Assembly (NCBI GenBank): GCA_964016885.1
Contig: OZ024741.1
Location: 41,416,001-41,480,000, forward strand
Origin: Eledone cirrhosa
Taxonomy: Eukaryota
Direction: 5' to 3'
Length of the DNA: 64,000 nucleotides
The notes beneath the pieces are model-generated. The model saw nothing but the letters and a program-made list of their open reading frames with translations, made no database searches and was not told the DNA's origin. Of this stretch, positions 1-15,185 are shown piece after piece. Both the position numbers and the translations under genes were made by a program. Each line of letters opens with the position of its first letter. The first letter of the stretch is position 1.

Positions 1-290
1 GCCCTGCTTTTCATTTTAACAGATTGATAAAACAAAGCACCAGTAATGTACTGGGGTCTATTTGATTGTCTTTGCCTTCCCCCCAAATTGTTGGCGTTGT
101 GCCTAAATCAGAAACCATTATTATTATTATTCCTTTCCAGCATAGTTACGTCCCTTTATGGTCTGAGTTTAAATCCCGCCGAGGTTAACTTTGCCTTTCA
201 TCCTTACGGGGTCGATAAAATAAAGTACCAGTAATGTACTGGTTAATTGCTGGCCTTGTGCCTAAAGTAGAAACAATTATTATTATTATT
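1..290 (+). mobile_element. Two tandem SINE family A copies (partial)
   Basis: Homology to 35118-35311; two (att)n tails. Confidence 0.8.
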
Positions 291-494
291 CCTCTTTTAA
301 AATCTGTCCCACAGTCGGAGATATTTTATGTGACAGCTTTATGATTGTAGATGATAAATTAATTTCATTCTGAGAGTGAACAATTCAAAGGAAGGTGAGT
401 CTTTGTTTCTTATGGGTGTCAAGGAGCAAATAATTATTTGCTTTTTAACTGGTCTTTTAGATCATTTTCCTATTCCTCATCCTTACTACATTTT

Positions 495-594
495 ATATAA
501 GTATATATATATATATATATGTGTGTGTGTATATATATATATATATTATATATATGCACGCACGTGTGTGTATATATATATACATTATATATAC

Positions 595-636
<42 letters not shown>

Positions 637-954
637 CTATGTATATATATATATATATACATTATACGTACATATACATATATACGTACATATACATATT
701 TATATACATATACATATATATATACATATACATTATACGTACATATACATATATACGTACATATACATATATACGTACATATACATATATACGTACATAT
801 ACATATATACGTACATATACATATATACATATACATATATACGTACATATACATATATACATACATATACATACACACATACATACACACATATATATAT
901 ATATATATACATACATATACATATATATTTATATATAGAGAGAAATATACATAC

Positions 955-985
<31 letters not shown>

Positions 986-1028
986 TATACATACATATAT
1001 ATATACATACATACATATATATATGTAT

Positions 1029-1081
<53 letters not shown>

Positions 1082-1085
1082 TATT
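495..1085. repeat. Compound TA/TG/GA microsatellite with an 18-bp tatacgtacatatacata array (about 663-850)
   Basis: Direct inspection. Confidence 0.9.
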
Positions 1086-1535
1086 CACTTTTGTCCACTC
1101 ATCTTTTATTTAGACTCAGTTGTTACTGGTATTATTGTTTGGCCTTTTTATTGTTTTGTTCTAGTTTGCTTTGCTCTGTTTTGTTGTTTTTCTACCAATC
1201 AAGTAAGCAAACTTTGAACTCAACATACATTCGTAGACTGGGAGAAAAAATGGTACAAGTGATTCAAATGAAGAATTTTATAACAAACAATATTGAAAAA
1301 CTGTCACTAGAATACAATAGATGGTTGTTTAATTGTATTTCTTGTAGATTCGAGAATAAAAGAAAAGAAAAACAATTAGGAATGAATATAATTGTAATAT
1401 TTGCTAAAGAACACAAATTACTATTGTATGACAGTGTGTGTGTGTCTGTGTATGTGTATATGGGGGTATGTGCATGTGTGTGTATGTATATATATGTGTG
1501 CATGTGTCTATACATATATATATACACACACACAC

Positions 1536-1584
<49 letters not shown>

Positions 1585-1597
1585 GAATTGTGTGTTT

Positions 1598-2505
1598 TAG
1601 CTAGAGTCAGAATGGGATGGAAAAAGTTCAGAGAGCTTATACCACTATTGGCCGCTAAAGGTTTCTCTCTAAAAATGAAAGGCAGACTGTATGATGCCTG
1701 CATACGAACAGCAATGTTACATGGCAGTGAGACCTGGGCATTGTGTGCAGAGGATCTACGCAGACTGGAGAGGAATGAAGCTTTCATGCTCCGCTGGATA
1801 TGTAATAGTAATATACGTGAACGGCAAAGCATAAATGAACTAAGTGAGAAATTAGGAATAAGAGGGATCAGATGCTGTTTACTTTAGAGATGACTACGTT
1901 GGTATGGTCACGTGATGCGCATAAAAGACGACAGCTGTATAAAAAAAGTCAGAGCGATCAAAATAGATGGTAGCTACGGAGTAGGCAGACCCAGAAAAAC
2001 CTGGGACAATTTTATAAATTCCGACCTTACACACTTACACCTCTCCAAGACAATGTCACTAGACCAAGATCTTTGGCGATACACAGTAATACAGAAGACC
2101 CGCCTTGCCTAAGTACAAAGCGAAACCTACAGTCAGTAGGCACCTCTTAACCAAAAATACACCCCCATCCCACTACCCCCACCCCCATCTACACCACCTG
2201 TTTCGCTGTAAAGTTATGTTGGTACCACAGCATCCAGTCCTAAATAAATGCGGTCGTGTAGGTGTTACGACAAAAAAAAAAAACACAGTCCACGCTGTAA
2301 GTAACACGTTAGGTCACACGGTAAAAACCTCCCAGTCCACACTGTAAACGTGGTTGGTGTTAGGAAGGACATCCAGCCGTAGAAAACCCGCCAGACAGTC
2401 CTACATGAGCAAGACAACCAATCTTGCCTCAAGTGGGACAATTCCTATCTAAACCCATGCTAGCGTGGAAGATAGAGGTTAAACGATGATGATGATGATG
2501 ATGAT
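1598..2505 (+). mobile_element. 5'-truncated copy of the same RTE family with complete 3' UTR and (GAT)n tail
   Basis: Near-identical to 63197 onward (ARVRMGWKKFRELIPLLAAKGFSLK...); ends in (gat)n at 2485-2505. Confidence 0.95.
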
Positions 2506-2854
2506 ATAATATGAACAGGCAATTCAAAGTTTCATTTAATGAACAAGTCCATGCATGAACAAAATATCTATGTTATTATATTAAAGCTGATGTATCTGTG
2601 AGTTAAAATGTCTAACATACTGGAAAAGAGAGAAGAGAGAGAGAGAGGGGGGAGAGAGAAAGAGAGAGATAGAGGGAAGAGAGAGATGGGGGGGGGGGAA
2701 AGAGAGGTAGGAGAGAGAGAGAGAGAGAGTATTGAATTCTGGTAGTTTTAGTAATTTGTTAAATTGTGTATTACAACCACTGTTAAACATGTGACCAATA
2801 CACCATTAGTGTGACCATTTTGATTCTGATGAGGCCATGAAAGATTTGAAATGG

Positions 2855-2916
<62 letters not shown>

Positions 2917-3053
2917 GTAGATATAGGAATGTTACTGTTCCAAATCAAGCTTTAAAAAATTATAAGGAAATATGAAAAATCCTTAATAAAAAGGATCAAC
3001 CTGGAAAACAGTCTTTTCAATCTAACATGCTTGAAAGCTGAAAGAAAAACTCT

Positions 3054-3114
<61 letters not shown>

Positions 3115-3208
3115 ACACATAAGTGTAATATACAAATTTACGTAAATACATATATAGAGATAGATAGATATATGAATGAGAGAGAGCCACACACACAAGC
3201 ACACATAA

Positions 3209-3254
<46 letters not shown>

Positions 3255-3257
3255 TTG

Positions 3258-3291
<34 letters not shown>

Positions 3292-3435
3292 CATACACAT
3301 TTACGGAAATATATATATGTCTATCTCACTCATATATGTATATATCTATATATATGTGTGTATTTATGTAAATGTATATATATGTATTTATGTGTGTTTG
3401 TGTGTGCCTCTATCTTACTCATATATGTACCTATC

Positions 3436-3481
<46 letters not shown>

Positions 3482-4269
3482 GTGTATGTATTTACCTAAA
3501 TGAGTGTGTATATCATCATATATATATGTATTTATGTGTACTTGTATGTGGCTCCCTCTATCTCTCATATCTATCTATCTACAGATAGATATATACATAT
3601 GAGAGAGGGAGAAAGAGAGAAAGGGAGAGAGAGAGAGAGAGACTAAATCATTTTTATACGTTATTTACAAGAAAAAAAGCAGTACATATAACCTGTGCAG
3701 GCAGCAATATATATATGTCTTACCTTTCAATAAATATACATCTATGCATCAATCAATATATTCTACACACATATCTACATATGGAATCAATATATACTAT
3801 ATATATATTGCAATATATACTACACATATATCTACAAATATGGAAAACTTGTAAAGGTGGGGATGGCTTGTTATTCACTGTAGCAACAGTTAATGTATCA
3901 AGGTGTTTTGAAGTTGCTGCTAATGATTCTGTAATGGCCTGCTGAAAGAGTTTTCCACCATACAAGAATATATTTCTGTAAATTTGCATATATGTATATG
4001 CAAATTTGTTGGAAACATTAACTGCAAATAAATATAAATACCTAGAAGGAAACAACATTTGAGAGCAGAAAACTCTCCTAACAACAACAACAAAATAATA
4101 CTATAAAAATTCTGATTATATTTATTTCAACATAGCTACTGAGCGGAGCTTTATAGGCTGTGATGTGCAGAGGTTTGGTGATGCCTAGGACCAACTCCTT
4201 CACTGTATGTCCCTAACGTCCAAGTATAGGGCTCAATACTAAGAAATGTGAGCAAGGAAACATTTTAAA

Positions 4270-4471
4270 TGCAAGAGTCGGCTGAAAAGTTCATAGGCTG
4301 ACCAAAATACTCTCATGGAATGACCAAATAAGGTTTATTTTTCAACATAGACCCTGGAAAGAAACAACACAGTTATTGATAAGAAGAGTTGAAATTAATG
4401 CATGCAAGATTTCACAGCACTAGCATCACTCCTTCATAGTCAAACTATGAACTATTCAGCCAATCCTTGTA
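4270..4471. mobile_element. Mariner-type MITE, opposite orientation
   Basis: Reverse-complement homology to 25211-25412. Confidence 0.75.
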
Positions 4472-5759
4472 TGTTAAAACAGATGAAACATGGAATAAAC
4501 ATTTCATTCCAATTAATTTTAAATCAGCCATATTTATTACATCTAATTCCTAAAATGAAATCTGTCAGAAACTACGTGGTTTTTTTACATTAGCTGTGGA
4601 GAATTCTTTTGCAATACTGATTAGTCAGGCTAGTCTGTCGCTCGTGTGACATAGACGACATCAGATGTGTTTTTATTAACATAAAAATGACTTTTCATGC
4701 CATGTGTTGATTACCTCAAATGATGTGCTAATCTGCAAGGCAGATGAACAAACATACCCACCATTGCCTAAGTTTGTCTGAGCATACGCATTAAATTTCA
4801 GGTTAATACATTTGTCTCTTTTTTGTTTTTTGATCTGGCAGAAAACAAGCATACAATTTGGATAGGTACATGAGAAATCCAAGTGAGAATTGCACTCAGT
4901 AGCTATATTGAATAGAGAACCCTGCATAACCCTTTGGTTAGAGGTCCCCACCACATGCTCTGCATGTTACTGTTTATAGGTGTGCTTCTTTCATCATTAG
5001 TCCAAAAAAGAGAGGTAGGTTGGCAGATTTCATAGAGCTTTGGATGAAATACCATTGTGGCATTAATTCTGTCTCTTTACATTCTGAGTTCAAATCCTGT
5101 TGAGGCTGATTTTGTCTTTCATCCTTCTGAGATTGATAAAATAAAGTAACTGCCAAGCACAAGGGTTGTTTTAATAAACTTTACTCTTCCATCAAATATG
5201 CTGACAATATACCTAAATTAAAAATCATTTGCTTGAAAAAAAAAGTCAGACCAACTCGTTAATTTTCTTTATAAAAATGAAGTAAACTTAATAAAATGGT
5301 TTCTAATTAAGGCACAAGACCAACTATTTTGGGTCTTAGTTAATTAAAGCAATGACTGTAATTGACTGGGACATTATTTTATCGACCTCAAAAGAACAAA
5401 AGGCAAAATTGACCATGGCAGAATTTGAACTCAGTGCACATACTTTGCTGTCCTCCGGGTTAACATATTCACAATTCTGTCCACTGGGACATTGAAACAA
5501 CATCCACCAAATGCTTTGCAAAGGATATGAGATCATCATCATCATTATCATTTTACATACCGATTTTCCCTGCTTGCAAGAGTGGGATGGGTCCTATTCA
5601 GCACAGCATCTCTCCACTGATAGTGTTAATAGGATGTTGCTGTGTTATATAGTGGTTAAAAAAAATGGGAGGTTATATCTGTAGTAAGTAGAACACTCAG
5701 TCCAGAGGACAAGTTCGGTATAGAGTTAGTTCCACAGTAAATTAGCAAACCACCATACT

Positions 5760-5791
<32 letters not shown>

Positions 5792-6294
5792 GACTAATGG
5801 TATATTAATATTATGCAATGATCATGGAACCAAAAATAAAGAAAATAAGAAATAAGCTTGTCTGATTATCAATGATGCAGATGAGAAACAAACTAATGAA
5901 CTAACAACTCCCCGCCATTTATATCTAGATACAAGAATCAGTAATTAATAACATAATATTTTGGGACAGTTATATGCTGCTAATCAAAGCACACGCACTG
6001 GTTGGGTTTCACTACAGTTTTATTATTGGTCAGGTAATCAAACTATCAATTAATTAGTTAAGCAACTAACTAATTAATTGTTGAATTTCTTTCATCACAG
6101 TAATTGATCTTCTTCATGACTTTTGCACTCTATATATCCTCTTCACCTACACATTAACTTTATGCCATTGTTTTGGTTTGTCTATATACAAGGTGTGATT
6201 GTAAATTGTCAGTCATTAGAACATCAGATAGAATACTTTGTAGTACTCACACCAGCTCCCTGCACAATCTGTGTTCAAATCCTAGCAAGTTTAA

Positions 6295-6560
6295 CCCTGT
6301 AACATTTACATTTCTCTCTATATATACTATTGTATTTTCACAGTGAAGTCCCACCCTTGCAAGCAGGGAAAAAGCAGACGTAAAATGAAATGATGATGAT
6401 AATGAAGGCTTTATCTCACATAATTATCTCACATAATATCAAATCTATGAGATTTTGATATTTATTTTGAGAACAATATCTTAATGTCAGTATGAGCGGC
6501 CAGTTATGTCCGGTTTGAACAGAAAGAGGTGAGAGAATTCTGGTTTAAATGCTAAAGGGG
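6295..6560 (+). mobile_element. piggyBac-type MITE containing a solo RTE tail (about 6348-6411)
   Basis: TTAA flanks, CCCT termini, internal homology to 17682-17888. Confidence 0.8.
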
Positions 6561-8058
6561 TTAACTTTGCTTTTTATCCTTTCCAGATTGATAAAAAAGG
6601 AAGTAGCAATCCAGTACTGGGTTCAATTCTTCCTCTATATCTTTTTCTTACCATGACATACCACCATAATGCCTGTACAACTCAATCAGGGGTTACAAGT
6701 CCATACATATGCAGGGTGTGAGCATGATTCTCCCAAAATATGATACCTATTTCAACACAATGATTTCATCATCTGCGGAAATGCTTTTGCGACCTTGTCC
6801 ACAGGACTCAGCCCCAACACTACCGCGCCCTAGGCCCAGAGCCTATCACCATCCCCCTTCCTCTCCCATTCTTCTGTGGTGCCAGAACCCCTGCCTTTCC
6901 CTTCCCATTATTTTATTAAAGAAAAGAACGTCACCAAATTATTGGAAAGGTGACAAACTGACAAATTCATTAGAACATCGAATAAATGCTTTGCAGTATT
7001 CATTCCAGCTCTCTTTACTCTGAGTTCAAATACTGCCACGGTCAACTTTGCCTTTCATTCAAGGTCAATAAAAAATAAGTACTGGGGTGGATTTTTCCTC
7101 TATATCTCTTTCTCACTTTCATTCTCTCACTTTCTCTATCCTTCTCTAGAAGAAATTTACTGTATTCAAACCTGGAGAGGAAATAGGCTCTGTCAGGTTT
7201 TAAAATGCCCTAGATACACCATATGTCAGCACGGCACCCCTATGACTTATTATCATCACCATCATTACTGTTAAGCGTCCATTTTCCATGCTTGCATGAA
7301 TTAGATGGGTTTTCCATGGTAGGATACAAGTCTGGCCAGAATTGGCCATGCTGTACCTTGCTCTGACAGGACTATAAATTTGGCAAATTATTGAAAGGGC
7401 AAAATAAATGCTTACAGGACAAACGTCGGCTGTAAAGTGAAGCAAAATGAATATGGACAGCTAATGAAATAATACACTAACAAACCAACACACAGAATTT
7501 GTATGAGTGACTCTCAAACAACTATTCTTGATGATACTTTTTAATCTATTAACTTTGTATGGAAACATGTTAACATGATTTTATTAATTACTCAATTGAT
7601 GTAAAAGTATTCATGACCCTTATTTTTGCTAATACAAATATTCATTACCAAAGGGCCGAATGTAATTAAATTTCTCAGCTGTATAGCAACTACCTAGTTT
7701 TCTAAATAGGCACACAGAATATATGAGTAAGTTCACATAACTAAAAACTCAAACACAACCCAGTGATAGTATATAGGTAGGTATAAATAAAGAGACAACC
7801 ATTATTGGAGAAGAAGGTGTTGGCAACTAAAATAATGTAGTCGGGAGAAATGTAAATATCTTTTCATTTGCCTTAGTTTTTGCAATATTTTCTCATAGTT
7901 TGCAACATTAATTTCTAAATTCTTACAAGTGAAGATATTTATAACATCAACATGGGAAATCTTAACATCAGAAAGGATGGAAAAATATTTCAGTGTTGTC
8001 CAATTTGAGAATTCAGTAAGCTAATAAGTTAATTTGCTCTTGCCCTGTATATATATAT

Positions 8059-8105
<47 letters not shown>

Positions 8106-8109
8106 GCTA

Positions 8110-8360
8110 TAGATATATAGTGTAGGTAGTATGATGAAACACTGGTGTTGGTACCAAATCAAGCACTCTATGCACAGGCAGAGTGTATATAAGGAAGTTT
8201 TGTTTACATATGAAACTATTTATTGCATATCGACCTGTTACGCAGAGGATTGGCTCAAGGAGACTCATAGGAGTTATGGACCTGACTCTGGGTACTGATC
8301 TGCTCCTCAGACTGCTGATGCAACAAAAGATATATTTTTGTTGTGGTATGCAGGCCAAGA
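8110..8360 (-). mobile_element. Possible Penelope-like GIY-YIG region remnant between (TA)n tracts
   Basis: VTGRYAINSFICKQNFLIYTL then, frameshifted, CIECLIWY; resembles the TG..Y.I...C...N.IY...CxxC...Y pattern. Confidence 0.35.
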
Positions 8361-9319
8361 AGGTATATATATATATATATATAGGCATCGGCTCTATATT
8401 TGTGTGTGTGGGCGTATGTGTGTATTTTGGTGTAAATGGTGGGGTGGCAATGCGGGTGTGTATTCACTGATATTCATGAGTATTTACGTGAGTGCACAAG
8501 CAATTAAGGATTTGTGTGTGTGTGTGTGTGTGTGCGCGCATGTGTGGGCACGTGTTTTGGAATGTCTATTTGTCAGTCAAAGACTTGTTTTGGTGGGTTA
8601 ACCATGTGCTCAGACACCAAAGCTTGCATACATTCATACATACATATATAGAGATAAATACAAATATACATTCATAAACACACACACATATATATATACA
8701 CATGCTAGCGTGGAAGAACGGACGTAAAACGGTGATGATGATATCTATATACATTCATTCATATATATATATATATATATATATACATAAACACAAATAT
8801 ACATATGTAAACACACACCTATATATACACACATACACACACATATACACACACACATATACATATATATACACATATATATATATACACATATATATAT
8901 ATACACATACATATGTATATATATTGACATAATATATATTTATATACATACACACACATATATATGCATATATACATACACACACAAATATATACACATA
9001 CACACATACATACATACAGAGTTCATTTAGGAAAGAGAAAAAGCTGTATGGAAATCTGAAGAGAATATTGCTGGAAAACCTAACAGTTCCTAGAATTTGT
9101 TTCCATTTAAATAATTCCAACATATGTTTTCTTTCCCATAACAAATATAGGAATTTTGAAGAAAAAGCAGTATGGAGGATAACTGAAATATCACATATTC
9201 TATCTCTCAACATATATATTTATGCTTTAAATGATTACCAAGTCTGATGAGCAGATTGGGCTGGAATCATGTCTATAACATTTATATAGATTCTTAGCCA
9301 GCCATCTGTGAAACTGTTG

Positions 9320-9668
9320 TCATCATCATCATCATCATCATTTTACGTCCACTTTTCCCTGCTTGCAAGGGTGGGATGGGAACTGATTCTGACTTGATTT
9401 CTACAGCTGGATGCCCTTCCTAACACTAACCTCATTTACAGTGAGTGCTGGGCGCATTTTTCCGCGGCACCTCCACGGCCACTTTGCAGTAGAATGATAG
9501 GGACTGGGACCTCAGTCCCTATCATCTCATTTCTACAGCTGAGTAAACTGGAGCAATGTGAAATAAAGTGTCTTGCGCAAGGAAACAACACATCACCCGG
9601 TCTGAGAATTGAACTCACAACCTTTCGATTGCAAGGCCAATGCTCTAACCACTAAGCCATGTGCCTCC
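9320..9668 (-). mobile_element. SINE family B
   Basis: Close reverse complement of 16861-17195. Confidence 0.9.
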
Positions 9669-9914
9669 ATGTGTGTATAATCAATAAAGACCTTAATGTG
9701 AAACCTTCCATTATATATATGTGATATGTGTATATACATACATTCTTGTATGTAACATAAATTATACAATCATAGAATACTCTCAATCACAATTTTTACA
9801 TTGCTTTTCTCTTGTTTGTTCTTTACTTCAACCTTTTCATCTTAGTTGTTCACTCTCTGTCCATATTTAGTCACCATCCTCCTTGCTCTCTCTCATTCTC
9901 ACATAATTCATAAT

Positions 9915-10200
9915 TGTGTGTGTGTGTGTGTGTGTGTGCTGAATATGTCTGTATCTACCTTGTGTGTGTGTGTGCTGAATATATGTGTATCTACCTTGTA
10001 TGTGAGTGTATGTGTCATTGTGTACTGAATATGTGTGTATCTACCTCGTGTTTCAGTGTGTGTGTGTCATTGTGTGCTGAATATGTATGTATCTACCTTG
10101 CATGTGTGTGTTCTGAATATGTGTGTATCTACCTTGTGTGTGTATGTGTGTGTACTAAATATGTGTGTATCTACGTCGTGTTTCAGTGTGTGTCATTGTA
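9915..10200. repeat. Minisatellite of about 30-bp gtgtgtgctgaatatgtgtgtatctaccttgt units
   Basis: About 6 diverged units. Confidence 0.85.
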
Positions 10201-13159
10201 TACATCACAATATATTTTTGTTGTATTTTATAAAAAAATATGTTTCCCATTAATGGCTGTAAATGACCTTTCTCTTTATTACATAACAAATAGGAGTGGA
10301 TAGACAGACCGAAGACAGACAGATAAACAGACAGGTAGTTAGATTGCTTCTATGCATATGCTCTTTACCTGGACTCATAACTCGTTTCAATTCATTTTTG
10401 TTATAATTGTAAATATATTAGCAGAAATCAGGACTGGCTTACATTCTTTTAAATATAACAGATATAACCAGATAGTGTTTCAACTAAAACTATTTACTTG
10501 TAATGAAGAGTTTAGTGCTTAAATCTGAAGTATGTAATGGCTGGTTTTAGTTTTTAATGTGTATTTCGAGGAAAGAAACACCAGTCTCTTTTTACATATG
10601 TATTTTTAATGTGATAAGTCTATTTAAAGCATATTTATTCCCAACACAATAGCATCAGACCGTGTGTAATGTAATATAGAATATAATGTCTTTCACTCAA
10701 TACAAGAATCAGTGTGCAAGAGAGAAATTTATGCCTAATCTATTGATATGTAAAGAAAATGATTTTCTTTCCTGTACACCTGTACATTACTTTTCCACCT
10801 GACTGTATCGTTTTATTGAAACTCCTGTTTTATACAATTTCTATAATTCCTTTCAAATGAAAATACCAATACACAATTAATACTGCAAAAGCACAAAAGA
10901 TGATAGTCTGTTTATGTTGAACTGGAGAATTATGTCCAACACAGAAGTAATGTTATATACAATTCTTGGCAAATTTCCAGAGATCATGCTTTAAAAAGTG
11001 TTTTCTTTACAAACTGTGTTTAGTTGAACAAAGGAATTTTTTTTTTTACCCTGAGGCTAGTCTGACTAATATTACTTTCATTTAATGTATTTTTCTCTTT
11101 TTTCCTTTTCAGTCTTAATATAGAAATATATGAGATTTCTTTGATATATGAGATATATGTTGAGATATAATAACTTCACATATATATAACTTCAGCTTTT
11201 TATCCTTATTTTCTTTTTGTCATCCTTTTCCTTACCATATTTCTAACAAAAACGACTGTATAGGATTTTGAAATCATTTTGAAATTAATAAAGAATTTTG
11301 AGGAATCTCATAATATAATGAACTTTCTAATTATTTAACCAGTGTTTGGGACATAAAGATTCTTACATAAAATTATGATGACAGGTTTTTAGATAAATAT
11401 AACTACTTTAAAATAAATGACTTTTATCACAAAATCTGAGGCTATTTCGGGTGGTTTGATATCAATTAGTCTAAATTATTTTATATTCTTTAAAAACAGT
11501 TTAAAGTTAGACAATTCTGATTTTTTGTTTGTTTTTACATATTTACACCAAAATAGAGTTCCATTAAAAATTCTATGGATTAAATATATATAAAACCAGC
11601 TGAAGCCAGTCATGGTTCTAAAATACAAAACTGTATATTCTAAAATGTTTATATTTATCTAAAAACATTCCATTACATTTTTAAGTAAGAACTTTTCATA
11701 AATTATGTTTGTTATGCTTCAAAATACCAACTTCATAATGAGAAAGATAATTTTCCAATTCAACTGAAAGAGAATGTATTTCACAAAAGTATGGTAAGAA
11801 AAGGGTTAAGGCGATACAGTAACTTTCTTAGAAGCAAGAAGTAAATCAAAAAGATATGAATATATAACCTTTAATACGAAATATTCAAAGCATTATCTTT
11901 TTATTCTAGTTAAAATATTAAAAAAAATGTTTATGGCTTAGCTACAGGAGGATAAAGAGCATCCATGACCTTATCACAGGGCCTGTGATATTGATAAGGA
12001 ATAAAAAACAAGCAGTGAATCAAAATATTGAGTTATCTTCTATAATATGATAAACATATTCCACACATATATATATTACACTCTGCAAAGAGGTTGATGT
12101 TAGGAAGGGCATCCTGCTGAAGAGTCAAGGCTAAAAAAATTGTCATAATCCATCGAACCCATGCTAGCACAGAAAACAAACATTTGATGATGATGATAAT
12201 GATGACGATGACGATATGAGAGAGAAAAAGAAAGAGAATAAAGATATATTTTATATCAATGCACAAATACAACCCTCAATGTAATCCATAACTATATGAA
12301 ATCAACTAATTGATTAGAAAAAGATTTTTCTATATATAAGAAGGAAAGAAGCGTGGAACTAAAAGAAAACATAAACCAAATTTTTTTCATAATCTGAATA
12401 AAATAAAACTATATTTTCAACAAGCCTTGTTAGTTTTCACAGCTAGAAGTCTTTAGATTTCCAACTTACTATTATCAATACCAATATTGTCATTATTGTC
12501 ATTATTATTATTATTGCTGGTGCTGGTGGTGGTAGTATTTTCAATTATTATTATTATCCTCTTATTTTTAGTATTATTGGAAAAGTAGTTTGACTATTGT
12601 CTATTATTCTTCAGTCTATTGGAATATATTTCCTATTCTTAACTTATATTACTTTTCAATTATTTTTTATTTAATGATGGCGGAGAGCTGAAACATGCTG
12701 GAGGTGTGGGGTCACTATATTTGTTTTGTTTGAGTTTTTTTCTTAATATTTTTTTTTATTGCTTTTAAGCCATTGTTCTATGGTATAATTCCACAGTTTT
12801 CTACTTTCTTTCTACAAACACACCCTTCACCTATACCCCCACCAACCTACTTCCACCCTCTGCTGTCTTCATTACTTTCACCCACAACAGGAATATCAGC
12901 TATTAACTGCCTCGTTTCAGTCATATTCCACTTACACAGCTGGCAACACAACTACACTACAACACAACAATCAAAATGATAGATAAAATAATACACAACA
13001 ACTAAGAAAGAATGACATGGGAGGAACCCACAGGCCTCCTGGTGAGGTATCCATTATTCCATTGCTCTGCATCTCAGGAACAATAAAATAGACACACACA
13101 CACGTATATATATGTATACTCACACATGTACACATACACACACGCACATCAACATACAT

Positions 13160-14151
<992 letters not shown>

Positions 14152-14749
14152 TTATACTCCAGTCTTATAAACTGTTGAGTGCTACTTATACGATATTTGC
14201 ATTGTTTTATTGTGCTACAATAAAACTCACCTCCTACATATATATATATGTATATATACATACATACAAGAATGCATGCTAGCAGGGAAAATGGTCATTA
14301 AAAGATGATGACACACACATACACACATACACACATATATGTATATACATGCTTAGACATACACATCCATACATAGTCACACACATTTATATGTGTACAT
14401 TTATATGTATACATATATGTATACAAAAATAAGTATACATACACATATACACATATGCAGAAATACACACACAAATATATTGTTTGTGTATGTGTGTGTG
14501 TGTGCGCGCATACGTGTGTGAGCATGTGTGTGTGTGCATGTGTATACGCGCGTGTATGTGTGCATGTGTGTGTATGCATACGTGTGTGTGTGTATATGCA
14601 TATGCGTGTCTGCGTGTGCATATGTGTGTGTATATGTGTGTGTGAGCATACATGAGTGTATGTGTGAGTTGCTATATTTGATTTCAAGCTTCACTACTCA
14701 ATATAATGTTCTTTACAAAATAGATAATACCAAATATGATAGAATAGTA

Positions 14750-14947
14750 TACGAGGGTCAGCTGAAAATTTCACAGGGTGACGATGAATGAGTGATGTTA
14801 GAGCTGTGAAATCTTGCATGTATTAATATCAACTCTTCTTATCAATAACTGCATTGCTTCTTTCCAGAGACTATGTTGAAAAATAAACCTCATTTGGTCA
14901 TTCCATGGGAGTATCTTGGTCACTGATCTTTTTATCTGACCCTCATA
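14750..14947. mobile_element. Mariner-type MITE, about 200 bp
   Basis: TA-cgagggtcagctgaaaa ... ttttatctgaccctca-TA; homologous to the copies at 25211 and 4270. Confidence 0.75.
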
Positions 14948-14963
14948 TAACAGATGACAAGTA

Positions 14964-14971
14964 AAGTAGTG

Positions 14972-15011
<40 letters not shown>

Positions 15012-15151
15012 AGGTAATAGTAGTAATGGTGGTGGAGGTAGTAGTGGTAGTAGTAGTAGTAGTAATGGTGGTGGAGGTAATAGTAGTAATGGTGGTGGAG
15101 GTAGTAGTAGTAGTTGTGGTGGAGGTAGTAGTAGTAGTAATGGTGGTGGAG

Positions 15152-15185
<34 letters not shown>

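Noticed and set aside
376-1585. Long YI/HT/CV-rich ORFs here and near 3.0-3.5, 8.7-9.2, 13-14.7, 22, 31-33.7 and 55 kb
   Set aside because: Translations of TA/CA/TG microsatellites that lack stop codons by composition
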